A DNA stretch of 60,411 bases, counting the filler, from Squatina squatina (taxonomy: Eukaryota): assembly GCA_031763465.1 (NCBI GenBank). It is 3 parts of 3 records of this genome, joined end to end, with 100 filler letters (N's around TTAATTAATTAA, not from the genome) between each part and the next. Parts side by side here need not be neighbours in the genome. Positions count along the whole stretch, not along the records: positions 38,344 to 60,411 come from JARFOE010000004.1; 2 more parts are not named here. One strand, given 5' to 3'. Positions 48,850-60,411 of this stretch are shown here, one piece after another; within the stretch, counting starts at the first letter, position 1, and each line of letters opens with the position of its first letter. Made by a program: the position numbers and the translations under genes. The notes beneath the pieces are model-generated. The model was not told the origin of the DNA. It saw only the letters and a list, made by a program, of their open reading frames with translations, and did not search any database.

Positions 48850-49309
48850 CTATTAACGTGAAAGAATTAGAATGACAAAAATGGAGGAAATGTTCCTAAG
48901 TTTCAAATCTCTAAGAGCTTTTTATTCCAGCAAAGGTTTGGATAATAAATTCAATTTCTTTCTTACAAATGGGGCATATCAGCTTCAAACACTCAAAACA
49001 AGGCACAAGGGTAACATTTTATATTGATTAAACAATATTAGGTCTTTGCCTCCACTGATTGCATTTGTTCAAACCAGACTACATTTTATATTGGTAAAAG
49101 TGGTTATCTTCTTCAAAAATAAGTACAGTAATGTTTCAAGCTAGGACACAGTGGATCTCAGATTTTCAGCATCACTGAGGTCTCAAAATCAATAGGTTTC
49201 AAGACATGTAGCTTTTGTTCTACTTTTCAATTTGTAAAAATCAATCTAACTGAATTAACCAGTTCCATTATGAAATTATCAGAGCTAAACATAAAAAAAG
49301 TTAATTTAA

Positions 49310-49531
49310 AGTTAGGATATGAATGCTGAGGGAAGTGAGAGAGGAAGTATCAGAGATTCTGACCACAATCTTTCAAGCATCCTTAGAAATATGGAAGTTA
49401 TGCTCGAGGACTGGAAGGATCGTAAAATGTAATACATCTGTTCAGAAAAACGAGAAAGGGATAAACCCCAGGTAACTATAGACAAATCAGCTCATCAGTA
49501 GTGGGCAAGCTTTTAGAAGCCAGAATACAGG
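49310..49531 (+). mobile_element. CR1 LINE RT N-terminal fragment, decayed
   Basis: MLREVREEVSEILTTIFQASL...EDWK...GNYR motifs with frameshifts. Confidence 0.75.
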
Positions 49532-50839
49532 NNNNNNNNNNNNNNNNNNNNNNNNNNNNNNNNNNNNNNNNNNNNNNNNNNNNNNNNNNNNNNNNNNNNN
49601 NNNNNNNNNNNNNNNNNNNNNNNNNNNNNNNTAAGTTTTTTTTCTAACTGTTCCTTCCTGCCTCTTTTCTCTCTTTCTCTCCCTCTTAATCCAATCTTTC
49701 TTTCCCTCTCTTTATTTATCTTTCTGTACCTGATTTGACTCTAATTCAGCCTATTTTCTTCTCTGTCGTTACTCTGCTTCTTTCTCAATCCTTAAATCTC
49801 ATTGGTTAAGAAGATACGCCATTGGTCCCATTGTTCACCAAGGTTGCAGATGACCCGTTGGCCTCACCTCATCGCTATCAGCTCGCACTTCCAGCAACTT
49901 GTAGCGCAAAAAAATTTGCACTGAAGAGCGAGGGAGTAAGTCTAACTAATGGGATGCCCAGCTCCAGCAAAATTCTGAGCCAATATATTGCTGAGATTTA
50001 GATTTGTTTTCAGGTTCTGTTGTTTTGGCTGTAAGATTACTCTGCTAACTATAGTACAAAAGCTGGAATTACTGAAGTGTAGATTTGTTTTTCTCTCATT
50101 TGTTTTCACTGAAGATCACATTTTGATAACTCCGCAGCTGCAGCGGGAAACGTTGTCAGTTTCAGATCTCTAAATACACCACTGCATAGATACCTCGTAA
50201 ACAGTTCAAAAAACTGATCAGATCATTGGCATCCCTCAAGTGACCCAAAACACCAATTGCCTTACCGACATTTCTTACATTCTTGGAGCTGTTGTTCAAA
50301 CACACACTCATACAAAAACTGCCTTACCGTAAGCAGGCATCTCATAATGTTTTGTGTTTTTTGCTGGCTGGAGCATATACTTACAGCCTGAATAATTCAG
50401 ATTTAAGTTGTATTTATTAAAGAAAGAAAAGATTTGGCATAGGCAAGAAGTAAGCTTATATCGCTCCTCTGATCTGCACTGGTTGTATGTTTTCAATTAC
50501 CAAACTAATGGAAAAGATAATTGCGTAGCAAGTGTGTTACAGTAAAATGCTTTGGTGTTCTTTGATCTCACTGATGGTAATTCTTTTGTGATCTTTCTAA
50601 ATGTAGCTTCCTTCCATAAAATAAACAGCAAAATGGCAAATTTGATCTCTTTAATTCAGAATCCAACATTCAGAACTAAGATTCAAACATTTGTATCTCG
50701 GAGAGGAACAAAAGAGTAAATTATTCAGAAATGAACCTTNNNNNNNNNNNNNNNNNNNNNNNNNNNNNNNNNNNNNNNNNNNNNNNNNNNNNNNNNNNNN
50801 NNNNNNNNNNNNNNNNNNNNNNNNNNNNNNNNNNNNNNN

Positions 50840-51098
50840 TGTTCCGATCTGTAAAAAATTCTGTCCGACTACTTACCTCTGACTTGCCTGAGCTGCAGCA
50901 TCTGCAAAGATAGGTTTGCGCCGGGCCTCTGGGACCCGCGGGGACCCTAACCTACCTGTGCCTAAAGTGGCCGCTTTCCCACTGATGATCTTGCCTCCGG
51001 TAAAAAAATCCCGAAATTTACAATGTTGTTGCACCCCCAAATGCCCTGAAAACTTTAAGCGTTAGGCCTCCGTGGAGGCGCCAGGGAATTTCACCCCC
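50840..51098. mobile_element. Harbinger-type MITE end
   Basis: Ends gaatttcaccccc, the exact reverse complement of GGGGGTGAAATTC at 39240. Confidence 0.65.
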
Positions 51099-51741
51099 AG
51101 TATATGGAAAATTGAAGGGAAATTTGTTTTCATTACATTTATATTTGGAGGCTTTTACTTCACAAATGCTGTTTGATTTAATGTCACTGTGAGAAATTTC
51201 ATTTGACAAGTCTAATCTGAGAGAGATTTAGCAAAAGATGCCTGGAAGCGAATATCTCAAAATGAAATAGAAAGTAGACTTCTAATTAATTTGCATACAT
51301 TCATTAGTGCCAATAAGTTTTTGCTCAGGTCATTAGTTTCCTTTCATAATGTTTTCAGTATTGAATATTTTTATTCTGACTGTATCTCGCAATCTTCAAA
51401 TAAAAAGGGGATTTGAACCAGCCACACTCGAATTGGATGTTATTCATTTAGGGTAAGCGTGAGGATTTTGAGATAGTCCCTGGTGCAGCAGACAAAATTA
51501 TGAAAGATCACAAGTTCTGCAAACCAGCTGCAAGGTTTCTGTCACACAGATTCAGCAAACTGTCCTTTGTAACCACAAATGTGGCCACAAAGTAACCCGA
51601 ATGACGCAAATAGTTATCTGAAAGTGGCAACTGTTTCCTGCACCAAACTTAAAAGTTCCATGTTATAAAATTGTTGTTGCATAAACCTTTAACGTATAAA
51701 GGACATAAGCAAAGCATGAGCAGTAAAAGCCCAGAGTCTGC

Positions 51742-51742
51742 A

Positions 51743-51780
<38 letters not shown>
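51742..51780. repeat. (AT)n microsatellite with one interruption
   Basis: Direct reading. Confidence 0.95.
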
Positions 51781-52217
51781 AAATGGCGCTGCGAAGGTCT
51801 AATTTTCATGGAGTTTACAGACTATGATTAAATTTCCATAGAAGTTTGGCTGATCGAGTCTGTGCCAGCACTTCGCTATCTGCCCACAGCCTTGTTATTT
51901 TTTCACTTTTTTTATCCACTTTTCCTTTAAAAAATGCAATGNNNNNNNNNNAACTAAATTCTTCTAGCTTCTGTCCTCACTCTCCCACAGATTTCCCTGT
52001 CAGAGGAAATAGTCCTTGGGGGCGATTGCCGGCAGCACGTTCAGGCGCTAACAATCATCTGAGGTGGCTAAGATGGAGCCTTGAGCTGCAATGCCGCTTT
52101 AGCCCGCATTTAGCACAAGATGCCATCTTGATAAAGTAGTTGAAGCCAATGCTAGGAACGGCTGCCCGGAGGCTCGTTAAACAGCTGATTGCCACTTAAA
52201 ATGCCTGCTAGTGCTCA

Positions 52218-52735
52218 GGGTATGGAATGGTTGTCTTATGAGGAAAGATTGAGCTGGTTGGGCCTATACTCACTGGAGTTTAGAAGAATGAAAGGTGGTC
52301 TTGTTGAAACATTAAGATTCTGAGGGGGCGTGATAGGGTAAATGCCGAGAGGATGTTTCCCCTCATGNNNNNNNNNNNNNNNNNNNNNNNNNNNNNNNNN
52401 NNNNNNNNNNNNNNNNNNNNNNNNNNNNNNNNNNNNNNNNNNNNNNNNNNNNNNNNNNNNNNNNNNNCAGATCTCAGATCCTAACCACTTGCTGCATAAA
52501 GTTTTCTCTTGTGTTGCCTTTGGTTCCTCTGCCAATCACCTTAAATCTGTGTCCTCTGGCTCTCGACCCTTCTGCCAATGGGAACAGTTTCTCTCTCTCC
52601 ACTCTGTCCAGACCCCTCATGGTTTTGAACATCTCTATCAAATCTCCTCTCAATTCTCTCTGCTCTAAGGAGAACAACTCCAGCTTCTCCAGTCTATCCA
52701 AGTAACTGAAGTCCCTCATCCCTGGAATCATGGTT
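52218..52735. mobile_element. Two CR1 LINE fragments (52218-52367 plus; 52468-52735 minus) separated by a gap
   Basis: LSYEERLSWLGLYSLEFRRMKGGL on plus; MIPGMRDFSYLDRLEKLELFSLEQRELRGDLIEMFK on minus. Confidence 0.9.
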
Positions 52736-55668
52736 TCTGAATGAAGTTTTTAAAGGGACAGGTATGTCCTTTTTGCTTCATTCTTTAGGCTACCTGATTC
52801 AGCGTATGTATGGGAGTTGTACATTAATCTGAAAAATAATGATNNNNNNNNNNTAACATTTTAAAAGTAAATGCAGTATAATCCTAAAATAGCTTGTCCT
52901 GTAATATCTATAGTTTGTAGTTTTAATGGGAGTGATCACTTTGCCTATATATAAGGTCGTGATTGATCTAGCCATCTCGCACTGACTTGGGGATCAAAGC
53001 CGGTGCATTCAACAGTTCCTTGTATGGTTTGTTAAATCATTTAGATGACCTCACACTGGTTTCAGTTTCAGCAGAGGTTGTTAGATTCTCTGGGAATGAG
53101 GTAACTGCATTGACAATGATTTCTAAACTCAACATGTCATAACTTGATTTATTACACTTGCACAGTACAAACTGCTGAGTCTGATTTGATTTGTGTACTT
53201 ACCAGTACGATTTCAAGTTCTGTACTTTCTTCTCCAAGTATGGTATTCAACTTTATTGATCATCTTTTCTGAGCTCTGGTAACTGTGCACGCTCCCAGTT
53301 ATGTGGGTTCAAATTGCTCCAAGAATGACAGTCTCAAAGATCATTAACATTTTTGCCAGGAAAGGGTAATATATGTAAAAGAACAAGTGCCTTAAATGAT
53401 TTGAATTCATTAATCGAATTCAATTTTTGAAGGGTTAATTATAATTTTTCTTTCTTTAAGTAACAGAAGCTTTATTCCTTTCCATGGGTCATTGTTAATG
53501 ATTTCAGCAGTCAATTGGCAGCAGTACTGAGAGCTGAATAAGTATCAATGTCTGGTTGCCATGGATTTTTAAATCTTGTATTAAGTTATGTAGAGAGCTA
53601 TGACAAAATCTGTAGTGCATTAAATTTAATATTATTCAGTTCACATATTGAATCACATTTTGAAAGATCTAAAGAGCATTTCATGTGGGAAAAATAAGAG
53701 TGATGGATTAGAAGTAATGAATGATTACCATGTTTTAATTTGCTCTTAATTCATTTTCTTGTCCTTTTTTGAGTTAGTGCACAGTTCATATCATAAAATG
53801 TTCATCTTGTTATTCCTACCAACTGTTGAAAAATAATTCCATAACACTAAAAATTAATGATGTACAATCCAAGTAGCAGAGCACTGGACAGGTATCGCTA
53901 TTCTCTGAGGAGTTCTGTTTGCAATTCTGCTTTTTATTCTTCATTGCTGTTAGACAAATAGAGCTAACAGATTGTAAACTCTATGGAAATGCTACGTGCT
54001 TCCAGCAATATTACTTTTATTTAACTCAACAATGTATTCTAGACATTAAAGAGATTTGACCCTTTTTTTAAGACTGTTCTCTCAAGGCTGTGTACAGAGG
54101 TATAAAAATCAAATCCACTGATCATACCTTATCAATTATTCTTGTCTTATCCAATAGTTCTTTACAGATTCTGTTTGAAATTTAACAAAGTATTTTGGAC
54201 CAGCAGGGGGGCAAAAGCCAACCAACTTTAAATTGCATTCCATGTGCGTTTTGCTTTATAAATTCAATATAAGACCACTGGAGTATAAATTTATATGCAC
54301 ACAGGTAAATCAGAAAAGAACAAAGGCTGTCCATCACATTGTGAGGATGAGAAATTCCCTGTGCAAATAGTGGGGGAAGGGGAAGTCTCTCCCAGTCCTA
54401 ATGCGGGTAGAAATTGCAGGAATTTGTCAACAGATAAGACGGCTCAGAATGAACATACAAAGGAGAGATGTATAATGTATGCATCCTTTTAACTCATTCT
54501 TTATGTTGTACTTCACTTCTTATGAACACACTGTTCACCAGCTATTCCTTCCAGAATTCTAGTGAAGGATTAGGGCTGTATTTTTCTCTTTTGCCTCTAT
54601 GTTGTAGAATTTAATAAACCCCAATCAAAATGACAGATGCACATCATTTTGGTTCATATGATGCTGCATGTTTGAATTCACGAGTGAGTATGAAAAAGAA
54701 CTCACCAAGCACAATGCATCTGCCATTGTGCTCCTTTCATGCCTTTGCCTACAGTTGTGGAACGTGCAAAACTTGAAAAATGGCATCATAAAAATGTAAG
54801 AAAGTCGGTGTCACTGACAGTGACCTGGAAGTCCCAATAGTTAGCATTTTCGAAAAACTTGCTGAACTTTCCGGGTGAGGGGAGCAGCCTTGACAGACTG
54901 GGATAACTCTGGGCTGATTAACTGTACTACTGTGCTTATTAGACTTGACTTCTACAAATTGTACAAAAAAGCACTCAAATTACAACTATATGATTTAATC
55001 TGTATAATTAAGCCTCCAGGAGATGTGGGCATTTTGAATTCAGCTTCAAAAATGCTCAGCTGCTAAGAATTTCCTGAGAATGCTCTGGGGTGATTTTAAT
55101 GAAAAAAGCACAAAGAACTGTTAAATGTATTCCCGGCGGTAAGTCCATCGGACAGGGAAATAAAAGGTGTAATTGTACAAAACTGTACAAAGAAGCTGTA
55201 TGTGTCAATGACATTGAAACACAGCTGAAGGTATTAGAGCACATTTTATGAATTCATTCTCCCAGTGCAGAAGTTCACGCACCAGGTGTGGGTATTGAGA
55301 ATTTGGGTATGGATTTCAGCAGGCCTCTCAGGATTTTCTGACCACTGAAATGTCACTGATTTGTATGCCTGAGTATCTCAGTTGGCGCCATATGGAAATA
55401 AAAATTGGGAGAGATTTAAAAAGGGCTGCCAGTTAGCTATCACCCATTTCGCGCAGTCAAACTCTATCCATGGATCCTCTGCCTTGTCATTAATCGCCCA
55501 TTTTATCTGTTTACTGTTCACTGTGATGAATATGAGTGAGGAGATTGGGAGGGCTCGTGCTCAGCCAGNNNNNNNNNNNNNNNNNNNNNNNNNNNNNNNN
55601 NNNNNNNNNNNNNNNNNNNNNNNNNNNNNNNNNNNNNNNNNNNNNNNNNNNNNNNNNNNNNNNNNNNN

Positions 55669-56375
55669 GCGAACATCCCCACTTCTGACCTTATGATGGA
55701 GGGAAGGTCATTGATGAAGCAGCAGAAGATAGTTGGGCCTCACAAACTGTTCTGAGGAACTCCTGCAGCAATGTCCTGGGGCTGAGATTGGCCTCCAACA
55801 ACCACAATCATTGTTACCTCTAAGTTGTCACTGTTGTGAGCGGCCTGTTTATTTCACTGTGTGGTTCCTTTAAATTTCTGCGCATGCGAAGTATTTCAAC
55901 TGGAGAAGCTTGTGAGCTGCCTGTGCAGTGCTTTGCAGATTATTGCGTGGCCATGCATGTGCGCAGTTTCGTGGGAATATTGACCACAATCATCATCCTT
56001 TTGTACTGGGTATGACACCAGCTTGCGGAGAGTTTTCCCCCTGAATGATTGCCATTGACTTCAATTTTACTCGGGCTCCTTGATGTCAGACTCGGTCAAA
56101 GGCTGCTTTGAAGTCAAGGGCAGTCACTCTTGCCTCTCCTCTCAAATTCAGCTCTTTTGTCCATGTGTGGACCAAGGCTGTAATGAGGTGTGGAGACGAG
56201 TGGTCCAGGCGGAAACCAAACTGAGCATCGAGCAGGTTATTGGTGACTCAATGCTGTTTAATAGCACTGTTGACGACACCTACCATCACTTTGCTGCTGA
56301 TTGAGGTTAGATTTGTCCTGCTTTTTGTGGACAAGACGTACCTGGGCAATTTTCCGCTTTGTCGGGTAGATATAG
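55669..56375 (-). mobile_element. CR1/L2-group LINE RT fragment, interrupted by a MITE
   Basis: SKVMVGVVNSAIKQH, AQFGFR, ALDFKAAFDRV, AGVPQNSL.GPTIFCCFINDLPSII motifs. Confidence 0.85.
55809..55982. mobile_element. 174-bp hAT-type MITE
   Basis: 8-bp TSD ACCACAAT (55801-55808 and 55983-55990); imperfect TIRs CATTGTTACCTCTAAGTTG / CAGTTTCGTGGGAATATTG. Confidence 0.85.
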
Positions 56376-57894
56376 TTTGCCACAAGTGAAATGCGTAGAG
56401 GCTGAAAGAAATCTCAGTGTGGATTCTAATAACAGGAAGAGAGGTTGACCAAGGTTCACTTGGCAATGCAGATGGAAAAACACCTTAAAGGAAACAGATC
56501 TGGTCATGGAGGATGGAAAAAGAAATTACAGACACTGTTAGAAATAGAAACTCAGTCCTAACTTCTCTGCCTTAAGACAGAGACATTTGCATTTACGTAA
56601 CTGGATTCCATTCGTTGAATGATAAATCTTATTAAATTACAACATTCATATCACTCAACTGGTTTTACAAGCTTTCACAGCACTATTAAGAATGCAGACT
56701 ACAGCTAAATACAGCAACATTTAGTCTTAATGCAATCAATAGCAGGTTATAATTCATGATTACTTTGAAAAATCTGTCAGTTCTTTAACCTTAGGCATCC
56801 CGCTGGCTCAGTTTTATTGCAGGTTAGAGGATTAAAATACAGAGTAAACAATCCATTTATAAAGTACAGCACATTGTGTCAGCACTGTCAAATTGCTAGA
56901 AAGTACTTTGTGTAATTCTCTACTGAAATCCGGCAGTACTATGGAACCTGAGGAGACATTTCAAATGATGTTCAACAGCAGAGTAACCTTTTCCATCAGT
57001 CATTGGACTACCCTTTGCAACATTAATAATTAAATGGACTTTGTGTGAATAGAGATTTCTACTGCAGCCACACTGCGATTTCTGATCATATTGCCTGCTG
57101 CTACAGCTAGCTACCGACTGTCCATTGCACCACAATTATCAACACACGTAGCTAAACAAATTGAAACAGGCATTATCACACCTTTCCTCATGTCTGCTGG
57201 AGGCCTAGCACCAAGGAAACATTGCGCACTGTAACATTTCCCGAATGCTATTATTAATTTCTCAGCCAGCTGGGGAGCTTTCTTTTTAAGGTCACCCAGT
57301 GGAGGGGAAATCAGTTGGTTTTCTGGAAGATGCCATCTGTGTCTTATTTTTCGGAAAACTTTATTAAGCAAACTTGCAGGAGCCCGGTGACACTGACCTG
57401 CCTGTCCTCAATCCCCCGAGACGCAGGGAGCAACAGCAAACAGCATTTCCAACCCAGCACTTCTTGGACCTGCTCCCTAATATTTTCACAGGAAGATCCC
57501 CGGGGGGGTTTGTGATGTTGCTGTTGTTTTGTTTGACTGCACATTGTAAGCAGAGTGTATACCCAGAGAAACAATCTCATCAGCTATTATTGACAAAAAG
57601 CTGCCTTTCAGCAAGCAATGATTTGGACATTTTGCGCATTTCTACTATCTTATTTCCACTCATTGGAACTCCAACCTGTCGAAAGAGCTAGCACACTACA
57701 GCTTAGTGCTGCAGTTTGCACTGTCTAAAGCATTGTCACAAATCAGAAATGACTAGGAGAAGAAGCTATGCTTGTGCAATCACCAAACTATCACATGCAC
57801 TTTAATAGATCAGAAACTGACTTGTTAAATTTCATCCATCTTTAGCTTTCAAAAGTTTCTTGTTAATGAATGAATGAATTAGTTAAATAAATAA

Positions 57895-58170
57895 TAGAGA
57901 ATGATACAGCACAGGAGGAGGCCATTCGACCCATTGTATCTGTGCCGTCTCGTTGAAAGAGCTATCCAATTAGTCCCACTGTCCTGCTCTTTCCCCATAG
58001 CCCTGCAAATTTCTCTTTTTTTAGTATATATCCAATTGAGTTTTGAAAGTTACTATTGAATCTGCTTCCACCACCCTTTCAGGCAGTGACTTCCGGAATG
58101 TAACAACTCGTTGCGTAAATAAAATTCTCCTCATCTCCCATCTGCTTATTTTTGCCAATTATCTTAAATA
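57895..58170 (-). mobile_element. CR1 LINE 3' end
   Basis: acagcacaggaggaggccattcgacccat hairpin complement and the end of ORF2. Confidence 0.85.
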
Positions 58171-58479
58171 TGGCAATTACCTTAATATTTTTTGATAAGC
58201 TGTGTATTAGTAATGATCCCCAACAGTAGATAAAGACTTATAAAGCGCTCTGACAGATGCTCATGTCAAGATCAGTCACTCTATTTTGATTGAGCTATGT
58301 CTCTTGTTGGCAGGGTAAGCATTGAATTTAGCCNNNNNNNNNNNNNNNNNNNNNNNNNNNNNNNNNNNNNNNNNNNNNNNNNNNNNNNNNNNNNNNNNNN
58401 NNNNNNNNNNNNNNNNNNNNNNNNNNNNNNNNNAGTACAAAAGCAGTGACAGAGTTGAGCTATCTACTCAAATATGACA

Positions 58480-59790
58480 TGTAGGCCTCCACCATGGGGA
58501 CAACATTACTAGTGGCAGTTAAGATCACCATATCCTTGAATCTTTATGCCCAGGCACATTCTAAGTTACCACAGGAGGCGTCATCCACAGTGCAGAGTTA
58601 CATCAAGGAGATCACTGATGGATTGCTAAACATGGCAAACAATTTTATAATTTCCACCAGAAATCTAGCAGTGGAATGAGAGACTTGCATTTTTTTCACA
58701 TTGTGGGATTTTCCCAAAGTCCAAGGCATTATAGACAATGCCTATGTAGTTATCCAGGCATCTCCACACAATCTCATGCTCTTTATGAAATACAAGGATT
58801 TCCACTCCATCAATATGAGCTAGTTTGTGACGATCTGCACAGGATCATGCAGGTTGCTACGGAATTCCCCAGTTGCTGCCATGATGCCTTGAACTTACAC
58901 CAGTCCCTATTGCTTAACTTTGGAAGGTGTAAGGTTGGTTTCTTGGAGTACAAGGCTACTACTACAGGCTTGTCTTTTGAGACCAGTGAGCCATCCACAT
59001 GTACCAGTAGAACAGAGGTACAACAGAGCAACAGAGATTCATGGTTCGACAAGAGCTTGAAATACTCCTTTACCGGCCCTATGCCTGTAATTTAAAACTG
59101 CAGACGACAAGGGCACCTGGCTCAAACTGGCGAGGTTCTCTTTACATATGCGGATCGTGCTCCGATGACATCATCAGCTATTTTAACAGGAGGCCTGAGC
59201 AGGGGAACAGTGGTGGCATCCCCGCCAGGCCAAACCTAGATCGCGGGCCAGAGGTGGCCCAATAAGGAAGTTTCAATTTATTTTTTTAGGTTTCTTTGTG
59301 GGCAAGGAGGGGCATTGTGTCTGGACTCCCTTTCCTCACCACTTACTTGATTGCTTGGGACTGTTCCCGTGGGTCTTCAGCAGCGGCCTCCTCCCACTCA
59401 ATTTCCTGCTCCCACCATGTAGTGACATTTGCCAGTTTCGGCTGGGAGTCGAGGCCTGAATATTGAAATAAGGCCTTGGAGTTAAAATCCCTCGGGGAAT
59501 TGACATGTAAACTTGTTGCTCACTGTGGCCTCTCGCACGGAACAATTCCAGCCCATGATAAAATCGAGGCCAATGCTTCCAAGGCCTTGACAGGTCCTCC
59601 GGTACTGAGAATGTCAGGCATCATCATAGTTTGCTGCATTGTGCACAACATTGCTGTTCAACGAGGCCTTCACAAGGAGTTGCCCAGATGAGGAAGACAA
59701 ACACAACATTGAGGATACTGAGGAGGTTGCTAATGAATAACAGTTGCCAATCGTCAGAGACATTTGGCAAGATTTGATTAATGAGTAGTT
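58480..59790 (+). pseudogene. Decayed PIF/Harbinger (DDE_Tnp_4, HARBI1-like) transposase with nested insertion
   Basis: Ordered motifs across frameshifts: LVAVKITISLNLYA, YIKEITDGL, FPKVQGIID, FHSINM, LVCD, FPSCCHDA, GWFLG..GY, EQRYN, FQGLDRS, IIIVCCIVHNIA. Confidence 0.88.
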
Positions 59791-60411
59791 TATATAATGA
59801 CTCCTCCATCCTTCCTGTGTTAACAATCCTGCCAAACATCTTCTCCAGTCCCTGCAAATAGGCACCACAAGCAACAACTAGTTCATAATTGCTGAATAGA
59901 CTATTTATCTCACCTCAAATTCCAATCTACAAAGCCATTACAGCAACTCTGGATGTAATGTAAATGGTGTCAACTTATTTTGTTGCCCTGCTATTATTTT
60001 CCACCCAAATGTTGGCTCATTGCATTTTACGTATCACGTGCAGGGTGGAGCTGCAATGACTGAGGCAACACAGCAATTAAAACAACTCTCTGTATTGAGT
60101 AGCAAACTCTCCAGCACTAGACTAAGACTATGTCTAGACTGGGAACTATATACAAGCTTTACATCGATTAGCCCTGCTCTGAGCTCCAGGCAGGAACCCC
60201 CAGCTCAGGTGAGCACTCAGAGTCACTGGAGAAAAAGAGGCGGGCTCACAGAAATCACCTGACTTTATGCTCCACCATTGGAGTTGCTGTAGTTGTACAA
60301 AGCAAAGTCAAAACCTTATTCCTAATACATAACCTCCCTCCCCCTTTACTTGAGGCATGTCTTACGCAAAACAGTTTTGAATTTACAATTGCCGTAACAA
60401 CATATGTACAT

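Noticed and set aside
50328-50340. ATG CCT GCT TAC G|gtaagg (minus) as a possible AHI1 start exon
   Set aside because: Only 13 nt of evidence and no recognisable following exon; cannot be supported.
53203-53300. Strong minus-strand donor CTG|GTAAGT upstream of the AHI1 exons
   Set aside because: No convincing acceptor or AHI1-like frame; could be a UTR exon but is unsupported.
54197-54214. CTCF-like CCAGCAGGGGGGCA
   Set aside because: One extra G breaks the spacing of the CCASYAGRKGGC core; single isolated motif.
1-60411. Prokaryote-type systems (CRISPR arrays, operons, rRNA)
   Set aside because: No regularly spaced repeat-spacer array or rRNA sequence seen; the DNA is intron-rich vertebrate sequence.

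Overview
Eukaryotic DNA, most likely from a cartilaginous fish (inferred from the repeat complement: abundant CR1/L2 LINEs, DeuSINE-type SINEs, Penelope-type repeats). The window is three unrelated, heavily gapped scaffolds joined by artificial 44N-TTAATTAATTAA-44N spacers. Segment 1 (1-19783, +) has the last exon of MPHOSPH9 and six exons of PITPNM2. Segment 2 (19884-38243, -) has coding exons 1 and 3 of an AMPA receptor subunit, best read as GRIA3. Segment 3 (38344-60411, -) has scattered AHI1 (jouberin) exons and a decayed Harbinger transposase. Many exons are lost in N-gaps and most ORFs in the track are spurious. The most interesting hidden signal is a dispersed repeat carrying a minimal type I hammerhead ribozyme core (CUGAnGA-stem II-GAAAC-GUU) with a loopless palindromic stem III. 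It occurs in about nine copies, several as inverted pairs, and the intact cores are antisense to host genes. Other leads: a candidate 42-nt PITPNM2 cassette exon, a GRIA3/GRIA4 mosaic sequence, an RFX X-box pair, and nested DNA transposons with visible TSDs. No wholly new system is demonstrated. Gene identities rest on recalled vertebrate protein sequences, not on a database search.
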